From a virus (Duplodnaviria > Caudoviricetes): DNA of 64,000 nucleotides. Of this stretch, positions 9,524 to 18,679 are shown piece after piece. The stretch lies in the IMG/VR virus record IMGVR_UViG_3300010052_000143, positions 1,270 to 65,269 of that record. One strand, written 5' to 3'. The translations under genes were made by a program, and so were the position numbers. Under the pieces are notes generated by a model. The model saw only the letters and a program-made list of their open reading frames with translations. It was not told the DNA's origin and searched no databases. Each line of letters begins with the position of its first letter. Positions within the stretch are counted from its first letter, which is position 1.

Positions 9524-10219
9524 TCAGAGGTCGAAGTCGTTGGAGGCCGACTGCTTCTTCTCGGCCGGCTTGGTGTCGAAGCCATCGTCGTCGGAGACGC
9601 TGTCGAAGTCATCATCGTCGACATAGACACCGCCACCGCCGAGCCGATCCCCCTCTTGAAGCGAACGCACGGCCTCCACCGAGCACGTCAGACGCGCAGT
9701 GCCGCCGTTCTCCGTGCCGTAGAAGGAAATGACAGCGTCACAGTATGTGCCGTTGTAGACGATCTCGTTGATGCGGTTCACATCGTCGAGGATCTTCTTG
9801 TAACGGTCGCGAATCTGCGGACGCTGTTGGCCGCCCTTCGGTCCCTTGGCAGCCACGACGAGATTGCCGGCATAACCCTTGTAGATTTCACCGTCATCGG
9901 ATTTGAACCGGTCACCGCGCTTGAACGAGATGTTGTCCGGCTTGTCGTCCCACAGGGTCTTCCACCAGTCTTCCGGCCGCTTGAATTCACGGCAGGCGGC
10001 CTTGAGCGCAGAGATGACCGCTGCCTTGTTGCTCTCGAAGTGCTCGGCGTAAGGGCCGTCCTTCTCGATGATGAAGTTGGACCCATGCTTCGGCTTCGCT
10101 GCCGGGTCTTTGTTCTTCTTCGGCAGCGTCGCGACCTGCAACGAATCTGCAAACGAAGCGCGAACGCGCGTCAACGTCACGGTGCGGCCTGTCTTGTCTT
10201 TCTCGTTTACTTTGCCCAC
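9524..10219 (-). CDS. DUF2815-family single-stranded DNA-binding protein
   Basis: VTLTRVRASF N-terminus, NGTYCDAVISFY, acidic tail; downstream of DUF2800. Confidence 0.8.
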   Translation of the reverse strand: MGKVNEKDKTGRTVTLTRVRASFADSLQVATLPKKNKDPAAKPKHGSNFIIEKDGPYAEHFESNKAAVISALKAACREFKRPEDWWKTLWDDKPDNISFKRGDRFKSDDGEIYKGYAGNLVVAAKGPKGGQQRPQIRDRYKKILDDVNRINEIVYNGTYCDAVISFYGTENGGTARLTCSVEAVRSLQEGDRLGGGGVYVDDDDFDSVSDDDGFDTKPAEKKQSASNDFDL

Positions 10220-10248
10220 GGCGTGGACTCCTTCTCGGTTTCTAAGTT

Positions 10249-11511
10249 TCAGAGGTCGTCGAACTCATCCTCCCACCGCACAAGTGCGGGTTTGGCATGA
10301 GATTCAGGAACGAGCTTCGGCTTGCCCGGCGCTCGATCGAGAATTGCTTGCAGGGCGTCCCAGGTCTCGGGATGGCCCGTTTTGCGCTTGCCGGGCTTCA
10401 CGACCGTCTCGATGTCGGTGATGCCGATAAGCTGACGCGGCTTGTAGGCGGCGTCACCGAGCGCAGCAGTCAGCAGCGCTGCGGCCTTCGCCTGGTCCGT
10501 GAAGTAGCGGTCGCCGAGATCGCCTTCGACGGCTTTCGAGCCAGGATCGGGCCTGCCATCGACGGCAGCACGCAGCGAGTCCTCGTGAAGCGATGCGAGC
10601 CATGCACGGATTTCCGACGCGTGCTTGACGATCTGCCAGCGGCGGGACGGTGTGATCGTCAGGAGGTTCGGAAGTTTCGCTTCGTCGGCCTGCAAATCTT
10701 CCAGATCCTCGACACACATATCGAGCATCCACTTGTTGCGCGCCGGGCAACCGCCGTCCGCCTTCTTCACCTCGCACCAACGGCAGGCAGCCTCGCTGGG
10801 TGCGAACTCGATCTCCCCAGTGACGTTCAGGATTTCGAACAGACCGCTCGTGCCAATGCGACGAATTTCCACGTTGCCCGACGCGATCTTCGCGTAGACC
10901 GCCTTCATCTCGTCGCCGAAGGCCAGAAGCTCATCGAGCGAGACTTCCCAGAACTTCATCCCGCCGGCGCGCGGCTGGTCGATGTTCATCACCACGCGAT
11001 CGACGTCCGGCTGCCCGAGGTAGTGCCACGCGCCGAGGGCGTACAGCCGAAGCTGTTTGTTATCGGTTGCGTCGACGGGCTCACCCGCTCCATATTTCAG
11101 ATCGCTGATGAAAAGCGTTCGGATCAGGCCCTCGATCCACGCCGTATCGCATGTGCCGAATTGGCCGGGCAGCCAGGGCGAGAGGTCCACGCGGATTTCG
11201 ACCAACGGATTTGCGGTGTGCTCGCGGACCCAGTCGATGCCTGTCTGCAGATGCGAGGCCATGTCCTCGTCGACTGTGAACTCGTATCCGTCCGCCTGCA
11301 TGGAGAGGCCGACGAAGTGATGCGGATCGACACCGAACTCCAAGCACAGTTCGCGCACCTCATGCGCCACGGTGCCCTCGGCCGCGTAGACCGACGAGTC
11401 GCGCTCCGGCACGATGCCAGCGGCGCGCAGCTTGTCGATCAGCGACGCCGACGCAGTACAGGTCGACCAACGGCTACATGCTGACGGGGAAAGGCGGGCG
11501 TGTGCTGTCAT
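10249..11511 (-). CDS. DUF2800 Cas4/RecB-like exonuclease
   Basis: HARLSPSACSRW..C, AAEGTVAHE, FGTCD, DLKYG, NKQLRLYALG, CRWC. Confidence 0.85.
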   Translation of the reverse strand: MTAHARLSPSACSRWSTCTASASLIDKLRAAGIVPERDSSVYAAEGTVAHEVRELCLEFGVDPHHFVGLSMQADGYEFTVDEDMASHLQTGIDWVREHTANPLVEIRVDLSPWLPGQFGTCDTAWIEGLIRTLFISDLKYGAGEPVDATDNKQLRLYALGAWHYLGQPDVDRVVMNIDQPRAGGMKFWEVSLDELLAFGDEMKAVYAKIASGNVEIRRIGTSGLFEILNVTGEIEFAPSEAACRWCEVKKADGGCPARNKWMLDMCVEDLEDLQADEAKLPNLLTITPSRRWQIVKHASEIRAWLASLHEDSLRAAVDGRPDPGSKAVEGDLGDRYFTDQAKAAALLTAALGDAAYKPRQLIGITDIETVVKPGKRKTGHPETWDALQAILDRAPGKPKLVPESHAKPALVRWEDEFDDL

Positions 11512-11978
11512 TGACCGGGTTTCCCGGCAACCAATTCCCGCAAACGCTGCACAGCGGCAGTCTGATGGGGGACGCCGAGCATCTTCCAAAGAGTCGAAAG
11601 GGCAGACGTCGCTGATTGTGCCGCGATACTGTCGGACGAGTATCCCTTTGCCCAATGAGGACGCATCGCCTCATAATCTTCGATTTTCCTATTCGCCTCA
11701 GCGAGTTGGGCTTTCAGCCGGACAACTTCGGCACTGTTGACATGCCTACGTCCCTCATTGAGCAGTGCGTCCGCAACCTCGTAGGCAACAATCGCAATAT
11801 CCGTCGGCGACTTGTCTGCTTTACCTCTTACGGTCCCCGCCATCGCGATCAACCCAACAGAAGCCTGCCCCGCGAAATAGTCGCGGCGCGACATGCCGAC
11901 AGACACGGGAGCAAAGTCGCGCGAACGCGCATCGATCGGTGTCGGGAAGGCCGGCCCGCCGTCGTTGTTCGTGCTCAT
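11508..11978 (-). CDS. Conserved phage hypothetical protein
   Basis: GGPAFP...GMSRRDYFAGQA motif common in phage early proteins. Confidence 0.65.
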   Translation of the reverse strand: MSTNNDGGPAFPTPIDARSRDFAPVSVGMSRRDYFAGQASVGLIAMAGTVRGKADKSPTDIAIVAYEVADALLNEGRRHVNSAEVVRLKAQLAEANRKIEDYEAMRPHWAKGYSSDSIAAQSATSALSTLWKMLGVPHQTAAVQRLRELVAGKPGQ

Positions 11979-12181
11979 AGTTCCGGCTCCCGAATTCCGT
12001 CCGACCCGAACGGGCCATCAAATCGAATGGTGCTGTTCCCAAGCTTCGTCCGCAGCGCCTTCGAGAATGTGCCGACCGCCGTGATGTAGGTGGCGAACGT
12101 CTCGTGCATGACCTTCGTCGGGAAGCGCTGCGCGCCGATCACGACGATGTGCCGATGCTTGGGAAATATGTGCGGGCGCAT
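11975..12181 (-). CDS. Hypothetical protein (68 aa)
   Basis: Overlapping stop/start with neighbours. Confidence 0.5.
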   Translation of the reverse strand: MRPHIFPKHRHIVVIGAQRFPTKVMHETFATYITAVGTFSKALRTKLGNSTIRFDGPFGSDGIREPEL

Positions 12182-12182
12182 T

Positions 12183-12401
12183 TCACCCGCCGTGCCGCGT
12201 GATCGCCCGAGCCGCTTTCTGCCTCTTACGCGCTGCCTTCTTTTTGACTTCCGCAGCCTTGGCGCCGGTAGCCTTGGCCGACGGCAACGTTTTGCCGAGA
12301 TCGTGCCACCGACGACGCTGAGAAACCGGCCGACCTAGATCGGGCACCGAAAAGGCAGCACTTGCAGAAATTACCGTTGCCAAAAATCCAAAACGGTTCA
12401 T
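12183..12401 (-). CDS. Basic hypothetical protein (72 aa)
   Basis: RBS AGAGGAGA before ATG 12401; Lys/Arg-rich C-terminus. Confidence 0.55.
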   Translation of the reverse strand: MNRFGFLATVISASAAFSVPDLGRPVSQRRRWHDLGKTLPSAKATGAKAAEVKKKAARKRQKAARAITRHGG

Positions 12402-12560
12402 CGCAATCTCTCCTCTAAGGCGCTTGAGTGGGGAGTCCGCGGTGGGAGGAGTTGCCGAGAGCACGGGGGAGGAGGTCCATGCTGTCAGCGCCGCGGACTC
12501 CCCGCCGAAGCGCCTCCCGGCGGGAACAGCCGGGAGGACACTCTTCAGCGGAGACGACGA

Positions 12561-13046
12561 CTAGAGGTCGAGGTCGTCGGCCGCCTTTGCGGGCGTCGTG
12601 ATGTCGCCCTTCTCGGTGAGCTTCGCGACCTGGCTCTTGAAGAGGTCGATGGCCGATTCCATGATGTCGTCGACGTTCTTCGCGGTCTCGACGCCGGCCT
12701 TCTTGATTTTCTCGTGGTTGAGAAGCGCCTTCATCTTCTCCTTGCGCGCCGTGCGCTCTTCCTCGCGCGGCGAGCCGCCGATGTAGGCAGCGATCAGTTC
12801 CTTGACGCCGTCGTAGGGGTTGCTGGAGTCGGCGGGATCGCGCCGGTCTTCAGGCGACGTCGAGATGTTGGCGCCGGTGCCGGCATCGGTCTTCGTGTCG
12901 GTCTTCTTGCGAGTTGTCGAAGTCGCTGCAGCAGCGGCGCCGACCTTTTCGATGGCGTCGGAGCGAAGGGCGATCAGTTCCTTGGTAACCGAAGCCATCT
13001 CGCGGAGGGCGGCGGTGTTTTCGGCAAGCAGTTGTTCGAGGCTCAC
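12561..13046 (-). CDS. Hypothetical protein, first gene of the leftward replication operon
   Basis: AGGAGA RBS before GTG 13046; LEQLLAENTAAL N-terminus; ends DDLDL. Confidence 0.65.
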   Translation of the reverse strand: MSLEQLLAENTAALREMASVTKELIALRSDAIEKVGAAAAATSTTRKKTDTKTDAGTGANISTSPEDRRDPADSSNPYDGVKELIAAYIGGSPREEERTARKEKMKALLNHEKIKKAGVETAKNVDDIMESAIDLFKSQVAKLTEKGDITTPAKAADDLDL

Positions 13047-13195
13047 TGGTATCTCCTGATTGGGCGGTTTCAATTTCGCCTCATCGTTTTTCCACACAAT
13101 GATTGTAATTTCAAGCCGTCCAGCAAATTTTTCACACATTGATTGCTTTTTTGAAAACGCGTCGATATGGTCCAAGCATCCAACGGGGTGAACAT

Positions 13196-13501
13196 ATGGA
13201 AACGAAGCCAAGCCTGGGCCGGCCGCGCAAAGACGGTCCCAGTGAGATATACTCCGGCGCGTTGTATCAGCTGCTGGTGGCCAAACTGCCTTCCGAACAC
13301 ATCAATTTCGGGAGGATCGACACCGCAAGTTTGGCGAAAGGGACCGGTAACGCACGCTTTACGCTGTACCGGTGGTTCGAAAGCAATAGTCTGTCGAAGG
13401 CCGCGATTCGATCCCTGCTCGAGGTTTCGAAGAACGCCAAGCTCGCGAAAGAGCGCGGAAAGCTGACCAGGGACGACCTGATCCCGTTCATCGGCATCTG
13501 A
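13196..13501 (+). CDS. Small HTH protein (Cro-like)
   Basis: ASLAKGTGNARFTLYRWF HTH; divergent from replication operon, upstream of primase. Confidence 0.6.
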   Translation: METKPSLGRPRKDGPSEIYSGALYQLLVAKLPSEHINFGRIDTASLAKGTGNARFTLYRWFESNSLSKAAIRSLLEVSKNAKLAKERGKLTRDDLIPFIGI

Positions 13502-13511
13502 AGCAGTCGTC

Positions 13512-16016
13512 ATGAGCAGGGAATCCGCGCTCGAAGGCGTAATCGAGTCCGTTCGACCGTTGATTGAGGCGGGTGCGGCGTTGCACTGGCTTGTGCCGTT
13601 CGAGAAACGGCCGATTGCAGACGAATGGGCCAGCGCCGCGGTGCAGTCCGAAGCCGATCTGCGCAAATCCTATCGCACAGACGCCAATATCGGCGTGCGA
13701 TTGGGCGAACCGTCGCGCATAGACGGTGCGTATCTTCACCTGATCGACCTCGACATCCGCGATGCGGATCTTGCCGACGAAGCGTGGAACGAGCTTCTGC
13801 AGCGCTGGCCCGGCGCGCGGTCGTTCCCGACGGTCATCAGCGGTTCAGGCGGCGCCAGCCGGCACATCTATTTCCTCACCGACAAGCCGTTCTCGAAGCG
13901 AAAGCTCGCCAAGTCAGCTGATTTCACTTTGGTGTGGGACGAGCGCAAGCAGCGCGATGTCCGGAAGTTCGATTGGGAAATCGACGTTTACGGAACCGGC
14001 GCCCAAGCGGTCATTCCGCCGTCAATCCATCCCGATACCCGCCTGCCCTATCGATGGGAGCGCGAGATTGATCCGGATTTCCCGCTGTTGATGACCGTCG
14101 ACTCCAGAATGGTGGAGTCGTGGGGCGTTTCGACTTCAACCGCCTCAACGATCGACGATGACGAGGACGATCTTTTCACCCTGATGCGGCACAGTCCGAT
14201 GGACCTGACGCCGGACGAGGTCGACGGTGTCATCGCGGACCTGCCGGCTGACTGGGTCGACGACCGCGACCAATGGCTCACCGTCGGCGCTGCCCTCCAT
14301 CACCAGTTCGAAGGCACGAATTCGGGATTCGAGCGGTGGAACGAATGGGCAAAGCAATCGCCCAAATTCGACGCCCGCGATTCAGCGCGTGTCTGGAAAT
14401 CCTTCAAGGGCAGCAAGAATCCCGTCCGCATGGCGACGCTGATCCAGGCGGCCAATGCGAATCGACTGTCCCTTGACCTCGATCTTGGAGACGACGGATT
14501 CGACCTGCCGGCCGTGATCCCCGCTCCGGCCGCCGCGGCTGGCGACTTCGATCTGACCGATCTGCTCGGCGACACGCCCTCGCCAACATCCACGGAAGCG
14601 GAAAATCGCGACGAGATCGACCCGAACTGGGTGCAGAAACTGCACCGCGGCGAAGAAGGCGACCTCAAGGCCACGCTGCCGAACATCGCTCTCATCGTCG
14701 ACAACGACCCGCGCTTCCGCGGCATCGTCTCCTTCAACGAGTTCACGCAGGAAATCGTGCTGCGTGGCACCAGCCGCCGCGCGAAAAAGAAGCGCGAGTC
14801 GGCGCACGACCCGGCCAACCTCGACGGGAAGCTGTGGGACGTGAAGGATTGGTTGAACGGCGACAACTGGACCGACAGTCACGACATCGCGATCCGCTCG
14901 ATCATCGAATCGAAAACGCAGATGAAGGGTTACGGGATCAAAGTAAGTGACCGAGACCTGCGCGGCGGCGTCGACATCTCGGCACAGAAGCGATCCTTCC
15001 ACCCTGTCAGGGAACTGCTCGAAAGCGCGATCTGGGATAGCCGTCCGCGGGCGGAAACGATGTTCATCGACTACCTTGGCGCCGACGATACGCCCTACCA
15101 CCGCCAGGCGGCGTTGATGACGCTGGTCGGCGCCGTGGCGCGCATCTACCGGCCGGGCCACAAGTTCGATTTCGTGCCTATTCTCGAAGGCGTGCAAGGC
15201 AAGGGCAAGTCCACCTTCATCCGTGTCCTCGGGTTGCATTGGATGAACGAGCTTGCCGGCGACATCGGCGATCCGAAGCAGATGGTCGAAGTCATGCTGG
15301 GCACCTGGGTGCTTGAGATCGGCGAGCTATCGTCGATGCACCGCGCCGAGGTGAACGACCTCAAAGCGTTCGTCAGCCGGACGCACGACAAGGTGCGCCT
15401 TGCGTGGGAGAAACGGGCTCGTGAATTCCCGCGCCAGTGCATCTTCATCGGCTCGACGAACGACCGCGAATACCTGAAAGATCAGACCGGCGGCCGGCGC
15501 TTCTGGCCAATCGTCTGCAAGATTGATGGCGAGATCGACAACGCCCTTTTTGAGCAGAACGTGATGCAGATTTGGGCCGAAGCCGTTCATATCTACAAGC
15601 GAATGCGCGCGGAGCATAAGGGCCGGGAACTCCCGCTCTATCTGACCGAAGAAGCCGCACTGCAGGCCGTTGCAATGCAGGAAAGCCGCCGGGTCGAAAC
15701 GGTCGAGGAGATCATGGCAGGCAAGATCGGGGCGTGGCTCGATCAGCCCATAGGCACCGACAGCGGCTTCGACGACCTCGACGCCGACGCCCCGAAGCTC
15801 TACCGTCAGGTGACCTGCGTAGCGCAGATTTGGGAAGAGATGATGGGCCGCGACGGCACCATCCCGCACACCGAATCGACCAAGATCGGCAAGGCCCTGA
15901 CGGTCGCCGGTTGGCCACGGTCAGCAGGCATCGTGTCGAGTTACGACGTCAACAAAAAATACGGAAAATGCCGCGTGTACTTCCGGCCCGGAACTCAGAT
16001 TCACGAACAAGACTGA
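13512..16016 (+). CDS. Primase-helicase: Prim-Pol + PriCT-2 + VapE-like ATPase
   Basis: NIGVRLG/LIDLD Prim-Pol motifs, DRDQWLTVGAALH PriCT-2, GVQGKGKST Walker A, GGRRFWPI. Confidence 0.9.
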   Translation: MSRESALEGVIESVRPLIEAGAALHWLVPFEKRPIADEWASAAVQSEADLRKSYRTDANIGVRLGEPSRIDGAYLHLIDLDIRDADLADEAWNELLQRWPGARSFPTVISGSGGASRHIYFLTDKPFSKRKLAKSADFTLVWDERKQRDVRKFDWEIDVYGTGAQAVIPPSIHPDTRLPYRWEREIDPDFPLLMTVDSRMVESWGVSTSTASTIDDDEDDLFTLMRHSPMDLTPDEVDGVIADLPADWVDDRDQWLTVGAALHHQFEGTNSGFERWNEWAKQSPKFDARDSARVWKSFKGSKNPVRMATLIQAANANRLSLDLDLGDDGFDLPAVIPAPAAAAGDFDLTDLLGDTPSPTSTEAENRDEIDPNWVQKLHRGEEGDLKATLPNIALIVDNDPRFRGIVSFNEFTQEIVLRGTSRRAKKKRESAHDPANLDGKLWDVKDWLNGDNWTDSHDIAIRSIIESKTQMKGYGIKVSDRDLRGGVDISAQKRSFHPVRELLESAIWDSRPRAETMFIDYLGADDTPYHRQAALMTLVGAVARIYRPGHKFDFVPILEGVQGKGKSTFIRVLGLHWMNELAGDIGDPKQMVEVMLGTWVLEIGELSSMHRAEVNDLKAFVSRTHDKVRLAWEKRAREFPRQCIFIGSTNDREYLKDQTGGRRFWPIVCKIDGEIDNALFEQNVMQIWAEAVHIYKRMRAEHKGRELPLYLTEEAALQAVAMQESRRVETVEEIMAGKIGAWLDQPIGTDSGFDDLDADAPKLYRQVTCVAQIWEEMMGRDGTIPHTESTKIGKALTVAGWPRSAGIVSSYDVNKKYGKCRVYFRPGTQIHEQD

Positions 16017-16045
16017 GTCAGAACGCGATTTTGCGACGACCAAGG

Positions 16046-16065
16046 GCCGCGGAAGCGGCTTTTTT
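16046..16065 (+). terminator. Rho-independent terminator after primase
   Basis: GCCGC-GGAA-GCGGC followed by T6. Confidence 0.75.
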
Positions 16066-16137
16066 CGTGAGATGCGATAGGATTGAAGATCGGTTACAAT
16101 CCATCTTGCGGATGCGATACAGCCTATTTCCTTCGAA

Positions 16138-16360
16138 ATACACCCCTCCGATACACCCTCAACACCCGTTACACCCGACTCCTGAATAGTCTGTGGCGGA
16201 CCCTCACCACTCGTGATGGCCTATGGCCTGCTCTACTTCTTTACCCTTTTGTAGTTACCTTTAAGAAAGTAAGGTGTATTGGGTGTATGGGGTGTATATG
16301 ACCAGCAAAATCAATATGTTATTCGATACACCCTACGAAAAGTCCGGGTGTATTGGGTGT
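16138..16360. repeat. About 10 ATACACCC/GGGTGTAT iteron-like repeats in both orientations (putative ori)
   Basis: Copies at 16138, 16151, 16161, 16169, 16272, 16281, 16290, 16326, 16346, 16355 in an AT-rich non-coding stretch. Confidence 0.75.
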
Positions 16361-16475
16361 TTCAGGCTGTCGAAAGGACTATTTTCCTCATTTTGACGCT
16401 GAAAAGATCAGATACAGCCCAACTTCGCCCCGTTTCACTGTGAAAATTTTCAAAAAATGCGTGAATCGGGGTTCG

Positions 16476-16514
16476 GCGTCCCCGCCCCCACGACGAAAAC
16501 GCGCGGAAGGACCC
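16476..16514 (-). other. Candidate cos site (cosQ + cosN-like)
   Basis: Minus strand GGGTCCT, 20 nt, then GGGCGGGGACGC; lambda has cosQ GGGTCCT and cosN GGGCGGCGACCT; phage encodes a GpA terminase. Confidence 0.5.
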
Positions 16515-16634
16515 GGAGCCAAATCGATTCCAACCCATTGATTCAATTGATGAATTCGGCAGATCGATCTGAATCGATCATCGCATAGGATCGATGATGT
16601 GAAATGATCCATTTCGAAGGCGGGACGGTAGGCG

Positions 16635-16742
16635 GCCTCGCCCAGCCCAGCAGGCGGCAGCGCGCCTCGCCCAGCCCAGCAGGCGGCAGCGCGCCTCGGC
16701 CCAGCCCAGCAGGCGGCAGCGCGCCTCGCCCAGCCCAGCAGG
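16635..16742. repeat. Tandem repeat, about 3.7 x 29 bp (GCCTCGCCCAGCCCAGCAGGCGGCAGCGC)
   Basis: Units start at 16635, 16664, 16693 (30 bp) and 16723 (partial). Confidence 0.9.
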
Positions 16743-16776
16743 TGGATCGAACCGCATTGGGCATAGGCGCAAACGG

Positions 16777-16801
16777 AAAAGGCCGCCTACGCGGCGGCCT
16801 T
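16777..16801 (-). terminator. Rho-independent terminator of the leftward early operon
   Basis: AAGGCCGCC-N5-GGCGGCCTT hairpin followed by TTTT on the minus strand. Confidence 0.7.
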
Positions 16802-16824
16802 GTGCAGTGAGACGTTCGGGAGTG

Positions 16825-16950
16825 TTAAAGGGCTGCGAGCGCCCTAGCCTCGCGGCGGATCGAAAGCGGGGCGATGTCCGGATCTCGCTGCAGCACGGCT
16901 TCCGTCAACGCCACCCGCTCGGCAACCTGATATTCGATTTTGGATTTCAT
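16825..16950 (-). CDS. Small hypothetical protein (41 aa), absent from ORF track
   Basis: MKSKIEYQVAERVAL...ALAAL; ATGA overlap with upstream ORF, terminator follows. Confidence 0.45.
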   Translation of the reverse strand: MKSKIEYQVAERVALTEAVLQRDPDIAPLSIRREARALAAL

Positions 16951-17057
16951 AGCTTCGGGCCGCTGCTGATCGCGCTAGGGTCGAGCTTCGGGCCGCTGCT
17001 GATCGCGCTAGGGTCGAGCTTCGGGCCGATGGCGTCTGCCAATGAGTCGATTTGCAT
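16947..17057 (-). CDS. 36-aa peptide built from an 11-aa repeat (GPKLDPSAISS)
   Basis: AAAGGAG RBS; 33-bp tandem repeat 16951-17028 is in frame. Confidence 0.45.
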   Translation of the reverse strand: MQIDSLADAIGPKLDPSAISSGPKLDPSAISSGPKL

Positions 17058-17082
17058 CTGGGGAATCTCCTTTCGATTGAGG

Positions 17083-18243
17083 CTAGGCGAACACGTTGCC
17101 CAGCGCCACCATGCCGTAAAGCACTATGGCGACGATCAATGGCCAGCGCCACCAGGGCGACGCCTTTGGCCTCTCAGGCGTCCAGTCGGGCTGGAAGTCG
17201 TCCGAGGCCGCCATGCGAGGCCGCGCGGGCGGCAGCGGCGGCAACCCGACCGAATGCAGCGGCACGACTCCACGCTCAATCCGCACCTGCCGCGCAGGCA
17301 ACGGGCGGCCGCTCGCATCGGGCACAGAAACCAGCGCTTCGCCCGTGCCCAGGTTCAGCACGTCGCCAACGGTGACATTGCCCGGCATGGTCTCAGCCGC
17401 GCCGCGAATCTCTTTCCGCTGGCGTTCGGTAGCGCCGCGCAATGCGTGCTGGATTCGCGTTGCCAGCTGCCCGGCTATGGCGTCGGGCAGGTCAAGCGGC
17501 GTTTGTGTCACATAGATCAGGCCGACTCCCTTGGATCGAATGAGGCGCGTCACCTGCTCGAGCCGCGAGACGATTTCAGACGTCGCACCGTCGAAAAGCA
17601 AATGAGCTTCGTCGATCATGATCAACAGGCCAGGCGCGGCGACGTCGCCGAGCTCGCCGAGGCCGCGGTAAAGCGAGTCGAGCTTGTGCGCGACGAACGC
17701 GCCATACAGGCCGGGGACGGATGCCAGGTCGCTGCAGGCGTAGACGTTGATTCCGGATGCGTCGCGGATGTCGAAAGGATCAATGGCGAAAGCCCATGGC
17801 GCGGCGCGTTCAAGCCGCAACAAAGTGCGCTGCACGGCGGAAACGGAAAGCGGCGACATGAGTCCATAATCCGCGCTCAGGTCGTGCCGCATGGCGTCGT
17901 TGAGCAGGCTTCGCAAATCCGCCAGCGTCACGACTTCGCGGCTGCAGTCATCCGCCCATGCCAGGGCGATTTGCAGCGCGCCGGATTGCGCCGGCGAAAG
18001 GTCAAGCGCGCGGCTGATGAAATCGGCGCCCATGGCGTCGACTCGCATGGCTGGCCGATGCAAGCGGCCCAGCGACTCCAAATCGGACTTGGCGTCGAAA
18101 ATGACAACCGGACACGGCGCGCGCTCGGCAATAGCGCCTAGCGTCGTCGTCTTGCCCGTGCCGGTGGCGCCGAAAATACCCGCGTGACGAGTCAGGTAGC
18201 GGTACGGGATTGTGACGCCGGAGCCGATCGGGAGGGCGGTCAT
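17083..18243 (-). CDS. HerA/FtsK-like ATPase (DUF853/YjgR family) with C-terminal hydrophobic helix
   Basis: GATGTGKT, IDEAHLLF, RLIRSKGVG, VTQTP, RIQHALR, LGTGEALVS match DUF853 conserved blocks. Confidence 0.8.
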   Translation of the reverse strand: MTALPIGSGVTIPYRYLTRHAGIFGATGTGKTTTLGAIAERAPCPVVIFDAKSDLESLGRLHRPAMRVDAMGADFISRALDLSPAQSGALQIALAWADDCSREVVTLADLRSLLNDAMRHDLSADYGLMSPLSVSAVQRTLLRLERAAPWAFAIDPFDIRDASGINVYACSDLASVPGLYGAFVAHKLDSLYRGLGELGDVAAPGLLIMIDEAHLLFDGATSEIVSRLEQVTRLIRSKGVGLIYVTQTPLDLPDAIAGQLATRIQHALRGATERQRKEIRGAAETMPGNVTVGDVLNLGTGEALVSVPDASGRPLPARQVRIERGVVPLHSVGLPPLPPARPRMAASDDFQPDWTPERPKASPWWRWPLIVAIVLYGMVALGNVFA

Positions 18244-18419
18244 CGCGACTTTGCCCAGTCCAGCGCGCGACGGCCAACGCGGTTGCTAAGATCGTCGGCG
18301 GCAAGAATGATCCGGCGCAAGTCGTCGTGCCGGACTAGATCGTCGCGGCTGATCGTTTCGGGCAGGTCGCGGCAAAGCTCCTCGAGCAACCGCGCGACGG
18401 GTGAATAGTTTGGCGTCAT
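18240..18419 (-). CDS. Hypothetical protein (59 aa), absent from ORF track
   Basis: ATGA overlaps at both ends. Confidence 0.55.
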   Translation of the reverse strand: MTPNYSPVARLLEELCRDLPETISRDDLVRHDDLRRIILAADDLSNRVGRRALDWAKSR

Positions 18420-18679
18420 GACGTGACTCCGTTCTCGAACATACGGCGAAACGGATTCAGCGCCATTCCGTCGACCATGTACCGGCCGGCCAATCCGGCG
18501 CCGATTGCCTTTCGAACCTTTGCCGCACGTGACGTTTTACCATTGATCATTTCGCCCAGGCGCCGAGCCGCCGCACGCGGGGAGCGATGCGACGACTCAT
18601 AGACCGTGGCGACGGTTTCGCCTATGCGGCCTGTCTCGAGCGAATAGGATTCGATTCTGACAAAGTGGAGCCGAGTCAT
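18416..18679 (-). CDS. Hypothetical protein
   Basis: Translationally coupled ORF. Confidence 0.55.
   Translation of the reverse strand: MTRLHFVRIESYSLETGRIGETVATVYESSHRSPRAAARRLGEMINGKTSRAAKVRKAIGAGLAGRYMVDGMALNPFRRMFENGVTS

Noticed and set aside
16635-17028. Possible CRISPR array
   Set aside because: Repeats are directly tandem with no unique spacers; no cas operon (DUF2800 is a phage Cas4-like nuclease).
16807-18141. 444-aa plus-strand ORF
   Set aside because: Antisense to the well-supported DUF853 ATPase.
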